Shown piece by piece: positions 48,801 through 59,832 of a stretch of DNA of 64,000 bases. The position numbers and the translations under genes are program-made. The notes beneath the pieces are model-generated. The model was not told the DNA's origin. It was given only the letters and a program-made list of their open reading frames with translations, and made no database searches. The DNA comes from Oikopleura dioica (lineage: Eukaryota; Animalia; Chordata), in NCBI GenBank assembly GCA_907165135.1, contig OU015568.1:744001-808000 (forward strand), written 5' to 3'. The stretch's first letter is position 1; each line of letters opens with the position of its first letter.

Positions 48801-50828
48801 TGTTTTTCTATTAAGAAAATGACCTTTTTCGTGTCACTCTCTTATTTAACCCATTTTAGCTGAAGAAAAAAAATCTTAAAAGTCTATTTTTTCAACGAAA
48901 TGGTCGTTTTGTGCCACTTTCTTATCTTAACCTATTTTCGTCGACCCTTAGAAAATCATTCTTTATCAACCCTTTTTTTTTCTCAAAATAAGAGAAATCC
49001 TCAAATCCTCAAAGACAACAAACATATCGCCCCTTGAGCCGCTGGACAGTATCACTCGCCCAGAAACCCAAATATCCCCTTTTGTGTGCCCAGATATCGC
49101 TTGGCTCTAAAAGCGCCGGCGGCAAAGTCCCCAGACGCGCCGCAATAGTAAGACAGTAAGAAGCGCTAATCGCCTTTTGACCTTGTGCGACAGAAAAAAG
49201 GGACGAAAATAGCGGCCATTGATTTCCATTATCCCTGTTTATATTGGCGCTCTTCCTGTAAAAAGAAGAAATTCCAGTAGAAAAGAAGAAAAGAATTTCT
49301 AAAATTGGGAAGCTTACAGTTGTGTCGAAAATGCATTCTTTCTTTCTTCCACAAAGTGACTCGCGGTCGAGGGATTTCTTCAGCAGGACTTGCCCTGAGG
49401 CGAGAACTTCTACCAAGTCGGAATTCTTCTGCAATTGGAAAATCCTGAAGACAAAAAATATTAATTCAAGTTTTGACGAATAAAAGTTGAAAAAATACGA
49501 GAATTTTGACCAAAATTTTGGTCAAGTTTTAGGCCAAAATTTTAAGAAATGACCGGGTGGCGGGCGCCCAGGTTCACAATCGGTTGGTTCACAATTTTGT
49601 GAACCCGGTTCACAATTTTGTGAACCTGGTTCACAATTTCGGTCAAAAAAGTGACTCAAACTGACTAAAGGCGCGGCTGTAGAGAAAGTTTATAACGTCA
49701 AAAATGAGTTTCTCTTTGAAATCAGGCGCGGAGCGCATACAGACCCCTGATTTTATACTTTTAAAAATTTTGCGAACCGGGTTCACACAGATTGTGAACC
49801 GGGTTCACAAAATTGTGAACCGGGTTCACAATTGTGAACCTGGGCGCCCTACACCCAAATGACCCGAAAAAGAAACCATAAATCTGAAATTTCTTATGTT
49901 GCTCTTATATTTATTGATACGACATTTTCGATGGTAAATAAAAAGCTTCAGTATGAAAAGTAAACTCAACTATGTACAGTCGTTAACTCGCTCAAAACCA
50001 CTAAAAAATGCTCAAGGGAAAAAGTGTTGCTAGAAATTATTCAAACAAATGTCGACTTCCTCCACGTGTGAACCTCTCTTCTCAAAAACGGGTTGAAGCC
50101 GTGTTTCATCCCTTCTTTTCAAGAACAGTTCATATTCAAAACTCACTAGAACAAGTAAATGGGCGTAAGACGCTTTTTAGAACCTTTATTCTGTCAAATT
50201 CTATTAAAATGCATTTCTGCGAAAGTAGACAAGCGGGCTTATCGCTTTCTTGAATGTAATGGAAAACGAGGCCGGGCTTGAAATTTGAATTTATCAACAG
50301 CTCCAGCCTCGTGTTTCTGGCGCTGGGTGTTGTTTGGAAAAAACAGCTACCCGGAAAAATGATAAAATACAACTCAGCTGGGACGGGGCGCTTTTTAGAC
50401 ACTTTTTTCTAAACAAAAATCTCGGAAAAAAAATTCCAAAAGAGAAATTAACCCATCGACGCACAGATGACCAAATTTTTGTCTTTTCGCGAAAAAAATG
50501 CTAAAATTTTATTGACAATAAGAAGCTTGAAAATTTTAATTTTTTTTTTCGCGAAAAGATCAAAATTTTGTCCTCTGTGCGTCGATGGGTTAATTCCTCT
50601 TTTGCTTGAAAGACAAAGAAGACGCTGATTATCAATATTTTTTTGTAAAAAAATTATTTTTTTTTAAGTAAGCTCTAGAATTAGATACCTTTTTATGTCA
50701 GTCCTATCAAATGTGAGTGAGTTGAGGTTGAAAAGCTGCTCTCCAGATCTGAGTCCTTCCGGAACCGAAATTTTCTTCGTCTTCGAGGCGGCCAGAATGC
50801 TCCACGCCAAAACTGATAACCATAATAC
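30813..50828 (-). CDS. Delta-type (delta2-like) protocadherin, at least 12 exons over ~20 kb; ATG exon not found
   Basis: Exons ~50689-50828 (signal, ISVPEG), 49316-49445 (LDRESLCG), 44281-44540, 43632-43950, 41541-41682, 38280-38390, 37988-38159, 35760-36035, 33680-33838, 31311-31700 (TM, DSGRGES = CM1), 31047-31172 (CLTLGHSDACWLP = CM2), 30813-30962. Repeated LDRE/DxNDN/AxDxD motifs. Apparent 1-nt frameshift at ~38363-38372. Confidence 0.9.
32570..32730. repeat. AAATAAGGGT(G/A)TCAC inverted-repeat family (also ~36120-36220, 36850-36985, 37605-37755, 53000-53165)
   Basis: Motif and its reverse complement GTGACACCCTTATTT recur in both orientations many times; no transposase seen. Confidence 0.6.
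33545..33688. repeat. Interstitial telomeric (CCCTAA)n arrays interleaved with duplicated splice-donor sequence
   Basis: About 8 CCCTAA units 33573-33620 and 3 units 33655-33672; TAGAATACCTAACCT(C/G)AAAAGT at 33545 and 33633. Confidence 0.85.
38496..38588. mobile_element. MITE, CCTGASTCAGG family (short form)
   Basis: CCTGTGTTGAAAACCTGAGTCAGGATTT ... AAATCCTGACACAGGTTTTCAACACAGG. Confidence 0.75.
41219..41351. mobile_element. MITE, CCTGASTCAGG family
   Basis: Same termini, two internal GCCGC-N-GCGGC hairpins. Confidence 0.7.
42985..43360. repeat. GTAGTAAT/ATTACTAC tandem and inverted minisatellite
   Basis: Two clusters sharing TGGTAGTAATGGTAGTATGTAGTAGCA (~43046 and ~43318) with inverted TTACTACA units. 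Confidence 0.7.
43403..43549. mobile_element. MITE, CCTGASTCAGG family
   Basis: AAACCTGAGTCAGGG ... CCCTGAGTCAGGTTTTCTACACAGG. Confidence 0.68.
45649..45981. mobile_element. 333-bp TTAA-flanked element with GG..CC ends (Kolobok-like, second subfamily)
   Basis: TTAA|GGACCCCGTCAGCT ... AGCTGACGGGGGGTCC|TTAA. Confidence 0.75.
49562..49849. mobile_element. Foldback-like MITE with GGTTCACAA..TTGTGAACC internal palindromes
   Basis: TIR GGGCGCCCAGGTTCACAAT / ATTGTGAACCTGGGCGCCC; tandem palindromic subterminal units at both ends. Confidence 0.75.
50452..50589. mobile_element. 138-bp piggyBac-type MITE
   Basis: TTAA|CCCATCGACGCACAGA ... TCTGTGCGTCGATGGG|TTAA; most of the element is self-complementary. 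Confidence 0.82.
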
Positions 50829-51717
50829 CTACAACAAAAGTAAAGAATCGGTTTTAAATTCATGTCATTATTTTGAAAAATAAAACGAAATTGTAAAAAT
50901 GTATAGACAACTCGGCTTTGTAAAACGTTAATAAATTAATTCGTAAATTTTTAAGAAAATGCATATGATATTTGACTCAAATAAAATAATCTTTAATATT
51001 TATTGTTATTTAAATAAGAACAAAGCAAAGCAAAAAAGCATGTTGAAAAGAAAAGAAACAAATTAGGGATGATTTATATTTGCTGGAAGGTCAAATTAAC
51101 AGAAGGTGAGCCCAGAGGGGTCGTCCGTCATTTTGAGAACTACAGTGAGAAATCTAATCCTTCGTCAAAATTCTTAATTTTGATTGATAATGCCGAGAAA
51201 AATCTGAATTTCAGGAAATTCTGAAAAAATCACCGAAAAAACCCTCAAAATTTTGAAATTTTCGGCTAAAATTTTCCCTAAATTTTCGTTTTCAAAAGAA
51301 ATGCTAGGATAAAAGATGAGATTAAATTAATTTTTTGTAAAAAAGAACCTGGTTGAATATTTTTGTTATCATTAAGACGCTTCTTCGTTTTTTTCTTCTT
51401 ATAAAATCTCTTTTTTTTACAAAAATTCTTCTTCGATAATCTCTATAAATAAAAAAAACCAACTACAGGAAGTACAACTGTAGTCACAAAGTACAAGTTC
51501 TTTCTTTGATTATATAAAATTATTATTCGTCCGGTGGAAGATCCGACGCGACGGGCTCGGCGCGCGCGCATTTTCAGCGCGGCTCTCCAGCGCCTCCGAA
51601 GCGTACTTTTTCTCAAAATTTTTTTCAAGAAGCGCCATCTTGTGGAGCGCCAAGCGCATTCTGACAAGGTGGGTACATACTATTAATGGCAATTACGCAT
51701 GCTAATTGAATTAAATA

Positions 51718-52126
51718 CCGTGGTTTTCCATCTTAAGAGCGCCCAACTTAAGAGCGTTTTTGCCAATATTTTCCATATTCTGTCATCTGAAAAAATCCCA
51801 ACTTTAGAGCGTTTTTTGAAATTTTTAATTAATAATTAGAATATCGTTTATTTCAACCTGTAAAATCATTGAAAAAAATTGTTTTCTACGCTTTTTTTCA
51901 GGTGAAATCATAGCCTCTGATTCAAAGATCGTAATTTTTTTTATCATAAATAGGTAAAAATGACCTCAGATGCATTTTTAGAGTTTTGGAAAAAATTCAT
52001 TTTATGCATTTTTATTCATCATTTTTTTCCCACTGTCATCCTAGTTTGATCGTAAATTTTCCAACTTAAGAGCGTTTTGGTCTACCCTTGTCATCTGAAA
52101 AACGCTCTAAAGATGGAAAACGACGG
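51718..52126. mobile_element. 409-bp TA-flanked Tc1/pogo-type MITE
   Basis: TA|CCGTGGTTTTCCATCTT ... AAGATGGAAAACGACGG|TA; internal AACTTAAGAGCG repeats. Confidence 0.78.
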
Positions 52127-52187
52127 TACATAATTTTCAAAAGAAAAGATAAGAAAATTTAAGAAAACCAAAAATCCTGTCAAAAAA

Positions 52188-52349
52188 CCTGTGTAAAAAA
52201 CCTGATTAGAAAACCTGAGTCAGGGTCGAAAACGATAAAAAATTAAGTGTTATTTCTCAAAAGCCGCTCCGCGGCTTCGTTTTGGAAAAAGCCGCAATGC
52301 GGCTTTTTATTCAAGCTTTTTAGGAACCTGACTCAGGTTATAAACACAG
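52188..52349. mobile_element. MITE, CCTGASTCAGG family
   Basis: Same termini plus two GCCGC hairpins. Confidence 0.68.
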
Positions 52350-54359
52350 TTTTTCAACTCAGAAAAGGACCAAATTTAACTTGAAAAAGTTTTTAGCGTC
52401 TTAAATGTTCGGCTCAAGTGAGCGCGTTCTGAAAAAGCGAAGAAAGCGATCATTTAGCCCTTTGGCTTTTGATGTTCATAAGAGGACAGGGGCTCTTAGT
52501 CCTCGCTGATCCGGAGCCCCGTGTGTCGACCATGGGAACTGATCATCGCTAGAGTAGACACGTGAAAGTGCTCCCCAGGCTCTCCAGGAGTACTCGTTTA
52601 GCCGCGCTTTTTCGTTTTCTTTGATCATTTTTTGAAAATAATCTTATTCTCGAATATTTGATTCCAGAATAACCCGAATTCTTTTTCAAAGAATATCTGT
52701 TCATTACTTGTCAGATTGAGCTTTATTTAGTTTCTCATGAGTTGGATCAAAAGCGGGAGAGTAAGTAAGTTGAGCGGCGTACCTGAGTGGTGGTGTTTAG
52801 ACAATGTCAAAAGCGCGAAATTAAATCACATTCGAATCACCTCCCACCGCAAAGGGATGGAAACTAAGTGTTCAAAATCGAAAATGGAGATTAAATCAGG
52901 AGAAATGTTTCTTTTCAGGCGGAATCTTCAAATCATTCGACTATAAAATTTCACGCTAGGAAAAAACGTGACATACAAAATAAATCATATCATAGAGACA
53001 CCCTTATTTTCAAGCCAAAAGAAAATGAAATAAGGGTGTCGAGAGCTTATTCGATAACAGGGCTCGACAATCTGTGTACAAAACCTGAGTAGGTTACAAA
53101 TAGAAGGCTTTCTAGCCCACTTACCAAATAAGATCGTGACACCCTTATTTTATTCTTCTTTTGACTACAAAATAAAGGTGATACTATGATATGATTATTT
53201 CTAGAAATGACAAATTTTGAGCGGCTGAGTTCGGTTTTAACAGTGTATTTCCGACTCCTGACTCAGGTTTTTAACAGAGCTTTCCGAGCCAAAATTATTG
53301 CAGCGAAATGAGCTTGAAGATTTTGCTAAGCGATACCTCCTCCCCTTGAAACCATAAATATGCAAAAAATACTATCAGTCGACCTCGATATGCATCATTT
53401 GGTTACTGTTTCTTTCGCTGCCTAACGACATGTTATCTTATGGAACTTATTGAATATTCATTTTTTCAAGACGCGTGCATAAAATCATGATTTCCAGAAT
53501 CAAAAAAGGCTAAGTAAAGTTTTTTATTGAAAACATTCTGTTTTACCGCCTTTTTCCGCGCCGGGTACAATTTGATGATGTCCTCTAAAGTGGAGCCTGC
53601 TGCATTGACGGGCTTTCATGTAATTTGGACAGTTACCTGGATCAAATAGTCGATCGTGTCAGTGTCATGCGACCCCGATATCGTGACCGAGCGGTGCTCT
53701 CTTATGCAAATTAACAGTTAAGGGTGTATTACAGCATCGCTCATGTTTTTTGACTTTTATTGATGCACAATTCTCAACCCTTTTTTCATCATGATTTTCT
53801 TCAAAAATTTAAGGGAGTCACTATGATAAAAAAATTTAAAAGAAGTCGTTTTTGTCGGCCGCATTCCTTTTATTATGTATTAAAGAGCATTGGATTTATT
53901 TATAAAATTAATGATGATTTAAAAACTAAGAGGCTCCAACTTGATTGTTGTTATCATTTGCAATTAGAAATTCGATGCGACTCCTCCACCCGACTAAGTG
54001 GATTTACACCTAACTGATCCATCAAATTTACCGCATTCACCGATCCTAAAAATCTCCAGTTCTCAAATTCAGAATTCAATGGTCCCCAAAAGCAAAAACA
54101 TACAAAAAACAGGAAATGAACCGGAAGTTATTGAGCTCCAGTTCGCCAGTTTTGCCCAATTTGCTGGATCTCGATCTTCCTTATTTTTCTTCGTAATGAT
54201 TTATTATGTCTACTTTTTAAAGAGGCGACGCCCTTAATTTCAAAGTTTACAAGTTTTGGCGAAATTTGCTAATTGGGGAAGAAAATTTGATTCGAAAGCC
54301 AGTTAGAAAAAGTTCGAAAAAATTGCTTCTAGCGGCGGATTTTCGAGAAAAGCTGGGTT

Positions 54360-55730
54360 CAGGGGTCTAAATTCGCAGTGCGAATTCGCTTTTTTGCGAA
54401 GCGATGCGAAGCGAAACGAATTCGCTTTCGCTTCGCTTCGCACTGGAGAGCAGAATTCGCTTCGCTTTCGCTTCGCAAAAATTCCAAAATTTTCGCTTTA
54501 ATTTTCGCACAGCAAGCGGCTTTGTTATTCGGAAGATTCTTTATCAAAGATTTGTAGAGGGGCATCATTGATGCCGCTTTAAATTCAAGTTTTCTCCGTT
54601 TTGTCAATACGAGTCTAATGGTGGGTCTAACTCTTGATAAATCCAAGGAGTGACCGGTTAGCAAGCTAATTACCGGAAATCTCGTTGTCACCAGCCGTTT
54701 TTATTGTAAGTATGCTAGACTAATTTTTGAATGATAAGAATGATCTTTATGAACAGGGCTTATCTAGAATCGAAGATGACCGCCATATCTTATCTGAGGT
54801 AAGTTATCTCCTATCGAGTAGGGGTGACCATTCGGGCAAGAAATCGTCGGTTGGCCGCCCGAATACCCGGCCGAAATCAAGGGCCAAGAGTTGCGCCGTC
54901 CGAATTCCCGTCCGAGCCGAGGTGCCCGAACTGCCCAGTCGGGCAAGTGGACGAAGTGCCCGAAATGCCAGAAAATGCCCGGCCGGGCAGGCAACCAAAG
55001 TGCCTCAAACGCCCAGTTGGGCATTAATTTTCGATTTTCAAGTCAACAGAATTGGACTGGTGATGGGATTTTCGATAGATAAGGGCTAGAAAAATAAGTT
55101 TCGAGGGGCTTTTGATTCAGTTAGAGGAGCAAAAGAGCAAAAACAGTTATAAAGAATGCGAAATTTAGGAATTTTCCTCGGCGCGAGCTTGACCAACTAC
55201 CCAGAAGCGCCGAATTGCCCGAAAGTGCCCAACTTGCCCAAATGCCCGAAATGCCCGCTTTTGCCCCGCCAAATTAAAGGGGCTGAGCCGAACGAATGCC
55301 TGACCGAACACATTTTGCCCGAAAATTGACCGTTTTGCCCGACTGCCCGATGCCCAATTTGGGCAGCCCAAATGGTCACCCCTGCTGTAGTGTTTATTAC
55401 TACCTTGGAATTATCAACAGTTAGACCCACCATTCGGCTTATATTGACGAGCTGAAAAGTACAGTAACAGATTTTTTGTAATTATCTGCCCAAAAATAGT
55501 TTTCGAAATCATCATCGCTTTTGAGTTGCTGATTGCTAAAGATTCTTGCCAGAAAATGCGTATCAATTCAAGCGAAAAAATTTTCGCCTTTTTTTCGCAA
55601 TTTTCAATGATATTTCGCTTCGCACTTGGGCGAAGAATTCGCTTCGCTTTCGCTTCGCAAAAAATTTGAAAAAAACGTTCGCTTTCGCTTCGCTTTCGCA
55701 CTAGGATTTCGGCTGAAATTTAGACCCCTG
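54360..55730. mobile_element. hAT-like non-autonomous element with TTCGC subterminal arrays
   Basis: TIR CAGGGGTCTAAATT / AATTTAGACCCCTG; direct repeat CTGGGTT(C) on both flanks (7 or 8 bp). Confidence 0.8.
54819..55384. mobile_element. Nested hAT-like element with GCCCGA subterminal repeats
   Basis: TIR TAGGGGTGACCATTCGGGC / GCCCAAATGGTCACCCCTG; target duplication not clearly preserved. Confidence 0.7.
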
Positions 55731-56355
55731 CTGGGTTCATTATCTACGTAACTAGAAAAATATTGTGTTTATACGAGCATAAGTAACCACCGGCAGCGCC
55801 AGCAAGAAGCAGGTGAATCAGGGTTCTTAGAAAAGCAAGAGAAAATTTGGCGAAATATTTTTTACAGTTCAAGAGCTCGAGGAATTCGGCTTTCCGGAAA
55901 GACAGGTCGAGGCGCAAATTGAGCGCGAAAGACGGTCAAATTGGCTATTTGGTCAGCCATTTGTAAAATGACATTGCGAGGCTGCCAGATGGCACAGTAC
56001 TTGGAGCACGAGCGATTGAAAATAAATACTGGAATTCAAATCGACGGCGACAAATTGATAAATATTTGAGGAAAATGGAAAGGAATGAAAATCAAGTTGG
56101 TTGAGTTGGTCAGTCAAAACGCGGCGGAAACAGGGTGGATTGTGTACTGACAGACGCGGAAGTGGCCCTTGGGTTGCTGTCCATCCCCTACTGTTTTTTT
56201 GTCCGCGGCCACGTACGGACGAGGTAGAGTGCTACAGCAACAACTTTCAAACAACCACTGAGTGTTTTCGACAAACAAAAAATAATCCAACTTGGTAGCA
56301 GGGCTTTGGACCGATCATTATTCGTCGTTCATTATATTCTCTTATAGGCTATAAG

Positions 56356-57210
56356 CAGAGTTGCAAATTTTGTGAGCTAGCTGAGCTGAGCTATCTGAGC
56401 TTGCTGAGCTACAGGTCAGCTCAGCTCAGCTCAGTAATTTTGAGGTGAGGGTCAGCTCAGCTCAGCTCAATTTGACCTCAGCTCAGCAAGCTCAGCTCAA
56501 TGGCTACACGACGTTTTGACTAAACCGACGTTCTCGCTAACCGACGTTTTCGCTAAACCGACGTTCTCACTAAAAGTCAAAACGTCGGTTTAGTCAAAAC
56601 GTCGGTTTAGTCAAAACGTCGGTTTTCTCTAAAAATGCGGGGGGGAATCAGAGCGAATGAGAATAGGCACTTCCTGGATTAAAAATTCTGTCTAAAGCCT
56701 GCCGTCGTCCTCAAACCGAAATTTCCTTAAATTGTTAACTTGGAAAAACAAAATATATATTTTTTAATTTATTATTTTAAAATTATTATTTGAATAACAA
56801 AATCAATAATTTTGGAAAATATTAACTCTGCATAATTTACTGATCTTTTTACATTTTATCGGTGTTGAAATCATTTTTAAAAGATTTATTTTAGTTATAT
56901 TAGTTAATTTAATGAAGATATTCATTATTCTTATACTTTTACTCTTCACAAAGATCTTTCGAAAGATAATGAAAACGTCGGTTCGACGAGAACGTCGGTT
57001 TCCAAACTGAGTCTTAACCAAATTCAAGGCGCCCACGCATTTTTAAGGAAAACCGACGTTTTGACTAGACCGACGTTTTGACTAAACCGACGTTTTGACT
57101 TTTGGTGAGAACGTCGGTTTAGCGAAAACGTCGGTTAGCGAGAACGGCCCAGCTCAATGGTTCTTCGAAAAGAGCCAGCTCAGCTAGCTCAGCTCAGCTC
57201 AGTCTATTGA
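56356..57210. repeat. (AGCTC)n-rich element starting CAGAGTTGCAAATT, interrupted by a nested element
   Basis: Arrays of AGCTC/GAGCT on both sides of 56502-57149; same left end as the 57800 copy. Confidence 0.65.
56502..57149. mobile_element. Mutator/foldback-like element with ~115-bp TIRs of ACCGACGTTT units
   Basis: GG...CC ends; 9-bp direct repeat CAGCTCAAT at 56493-501 and 57150-158. Confidence 0.75.
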
Positions 57211-57799
57211 GCGGACAAAGATCGAACCACTTTTGATTGGTTTATTTTCAAAAACTTCGACGTTTTTTCTATTCATTCTTTCCTGTTGGTCAATTTTATA
57301 GCTCATACTTTAGCACTCTGTTTTTTTCAAGGATAGTTATATTTTTGAAATCTTGATTACGCATTTGAGTCGTATTTCTTGCAGAGCTGGAAGTGGATCG
57401 AAAGAAAGCCAAGGCAGACAGTCGCAAGAGCGATGTTTAGCATTATCACTAAAAATTATTTAATAACCAATATGAAGTTTGATTCGATTACTGATTGCTT
57501 CCCCAATGGTAAAAGAAGCGGGAATAGAATCATCGCTTGTTGGTTTGTTCACTTCTCCGGATTCAGGGGCATTTTTCTGCTGATTTTTAGCGGGGAAGAA
57601 TCGATGAATGAGTTGTACCAAGAATATAATTGAGAAACCGACGGCTAGAATATAAAATTCAAATTGATCAATTAAAACCTAGACAATATAACCAAGAGTG
57701 GTGAATGAAAGGGTACTCGTAACATTGGCCAGGGCACATTGATTGGGTAAGGGTGATTATCACTGTAGTAATCGTAGAAAAACAAAAGAATGTTCAAAA

Positions 57800-58245
57800 C
57801 AGAGTTGCAAATTTGCTGAGCTGAGCGACCGCTCAGCTCACTCAGCCAGCTCAGCTCAGTGATTTTGGAAAATGATCTGATCTGCTCAGCTCAGCTAACC
57901 TCAGACAATTTTCACTCAGCTCAGCTCAGCTCAGCTCAATTTTTTGAATATGATCTGTTCTGCTCAGCTCAGACAACTATCACTTAGCTCAGCTCAATGA
58001 TTTGAATACAATTTTACTACCAGAAAACAGTAAAAAACAACTCAGCTCAGCTCAATCAGCTCAGCTCAGCTCTAATTAGGGTCCGCTCAGCTCAGCTCAA
58101 CTCTCTTAAACAAAAGGTCTGCTCAGCTCAGCTCCGCTTTATGACCTCTGAAAAAGGCCAGCTCAGCTCAGCTCAGTTTCCTTCGGAATAGGCCAGCTCA
58201 GCTCAGCTCAGAGAAATTTTTACTTAGGTCAGCTCAGCTCTGCTC
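57800..58245. repeat. Second (AGCTC)n-rich element copy
   Basis: Starts CAGAGTTGCAAATTTGCTGAGCTGAGC; many CAGCT/AGCTC units; abuts the GC-richer island. Confidence 0.65.
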
Positions 58246-58568
58246 GGAAAAAATAACAAAGTGGTTCAAATAACTTGCAAAAGGCTCACTTCCTAAGCTA
58301 GAAGACCTGCTGAAAGAAGACAACAATTTTGTAGTTGCCAGAGCCAAAGAGCACCTGGACTTCAAACATGTTATGAACAGAACTTGAAAAGAAGCTCACC
58401 TGTGGGTTGACTCTCTTGGAATGAGGTCGTCAACTCCACAGGCAAGATGCACAGCTTGATAAACAAGGGCGCCAAACGCGAGACTTCAACCGAATTCGAT
58501 CTTCGCTTGATTTCGTCGCTGAACTCTCGTGAAGGGTCGAATATGCGGGTCGCGTGGCCCCCAAGCTT

Positions 58569-59372
58569 CTAGTGATGTCGAGCGTTTCGCTTCTTCTTCT
58601 TCGGTTCGACGACTTCTTCCTCCATGATATCGAGCAGTTCGCTGTCCGGCGTTTCAAACTCATCAGACTCCGAGGAGACAACTTCCTTCACGATCTGGCG
58701 TGACCGCTTGTTCGCCTTCGTTGTAGTCGTTACTCGCAGGGAAGATGTCTTCTTCGCCGACTTCGAAACCGCGTTCCGACGAACTCTCTTCTTCGGTTTT
58801 CGCGAAGTTGTACCTGATGATGTTCCTGGTTCGTTAATGAACTCCAGTTCAGGCAGAGGAAGAAGATCGTCGTCGCTCTCGTTCTTTATTTCAACTCCGA
58901 GCTCTACTACTTCCTGCAACGATGTTTCGAGCGTTGCATTCAACAGCTGCTGGTCCTGTTCATGAACTTCATCCCCAGGGTATCCGTGGGGAAACCAAAT
59001 GGCGTCTCCACTCGCCATCACTTCGCCCTGAACTTGAGCTAGCCTGACGTAGACGTCCATCCGGCCCGACAAGCAGTTCCAGATGCCCAACGGGATCGCC
59101 TTCTGAAGTCTGCGACCCTTGGCACCGTATTCATCGCCGGATTGGATGGTAACAGCTTCCGAGAACTTGGCTTCCATCTCGAAATGACGACGGTGCGCCA
59201 GTTCCCCCATCAACGACGGTGACGATAGCTCATCCAAGTCCTTCTCCAATTTTTGAAGAATCTTGATCGCCCGGCGTGTGGATGGTCCAAGTTCCTGCTG
59301 TCGTTTCTCGTCAAACTCGTGCGGTTTGAAAGCAGTCCGCAAAACTGCTCTGCTATCTTCGGTGTTCAACAT
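58569..59372 (-). CDS. Intronless 267-aa orphan with acidic tail and NLS-like basic clusters
   Basis: Uninterrupted ORF; RKPKKRVRR and PKKKKR; no domain recognised. Confidence 0.65.
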   Translation of the reverse strand: MLNTEDSRAVLRTAFKPHEFDEKRQQELGPSTRRAIKILQKLEKDLDELSSPSLMGELAHRRHFEMEAKFSEAVTIQSGDEYGAKGRRLQKAIPLGIWNCLSGRMDVYVRLAQVQGEVMASGDAIWFPHGYPGDEVHEQDQQLLNATLETSLQEVVELGVEIKNESDDDLLPLPELEFINEPGTSSGTTSRKPKKRVRRNAVSKSAKKTSSLRVTTTTKANKRSRQIVKEVVSSESDEFETPDSELLDIMEEEVVEPKKKKRNARHH

Positions 59373-59832
59373 CTCTTGAACTTAGTTCGGCTCTGACTGG
59401 CGGATTTTCCACTCATCGACCGTTTTTAAATGGCGATGTTTTCCAGCTTCAAATCTACCTCGAGCGCCATGTTTTCCAGCTGAACTTGTTTTCCAGTCAT
59501 CGAGTTCATCCGATTTCTCGGGCTCGAGCCATTTTCAAAACACGCTCGGCCAATCAGCTCGCTACAAATGGAGGACCGTTTCTCCCATTTCGCTGCACTT
59601 GCTTGACCTACAGATCTTTCATCTTCATCCTTCTGCCAGAGAAATTTTCCAGAGAAAACGTCTCCTATGAAGATTTCATCAAGTTCAACCTTCTTCGTTC
59701 TGCAACTTTGAGATGTGTACCAGTTCTTGCACTTTCTTCTTTTTATATTTAAATTTTTTTATTTTTCGAGAAAGAGTTCTTTCCTTCAAAAACTTCTTTC
59801 TTCAGCATAGATCATCGAAGTCCGTTGTTGTG

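Noticed and set aside
53704-53711. Octamer ATGCAAAT upstream of the protocadherin, as a POU3 target site
   Set aside because: A single 8-mer is expected by chance in 64 kb of AT-rich DNA.
56356-58245. Regular short repeats as a CRISPR array
   Set aside because: Eukaryotic context, 5-10 bp units without unique spacers, and TIR/TSD structure of DNA transposons.
58750-58790. CTGATGA as a hammerhead ribozyme core (Penelope/Terminon idea)
   Set aside because: No stem II followed by GAAA; lies inside a coding ORF.
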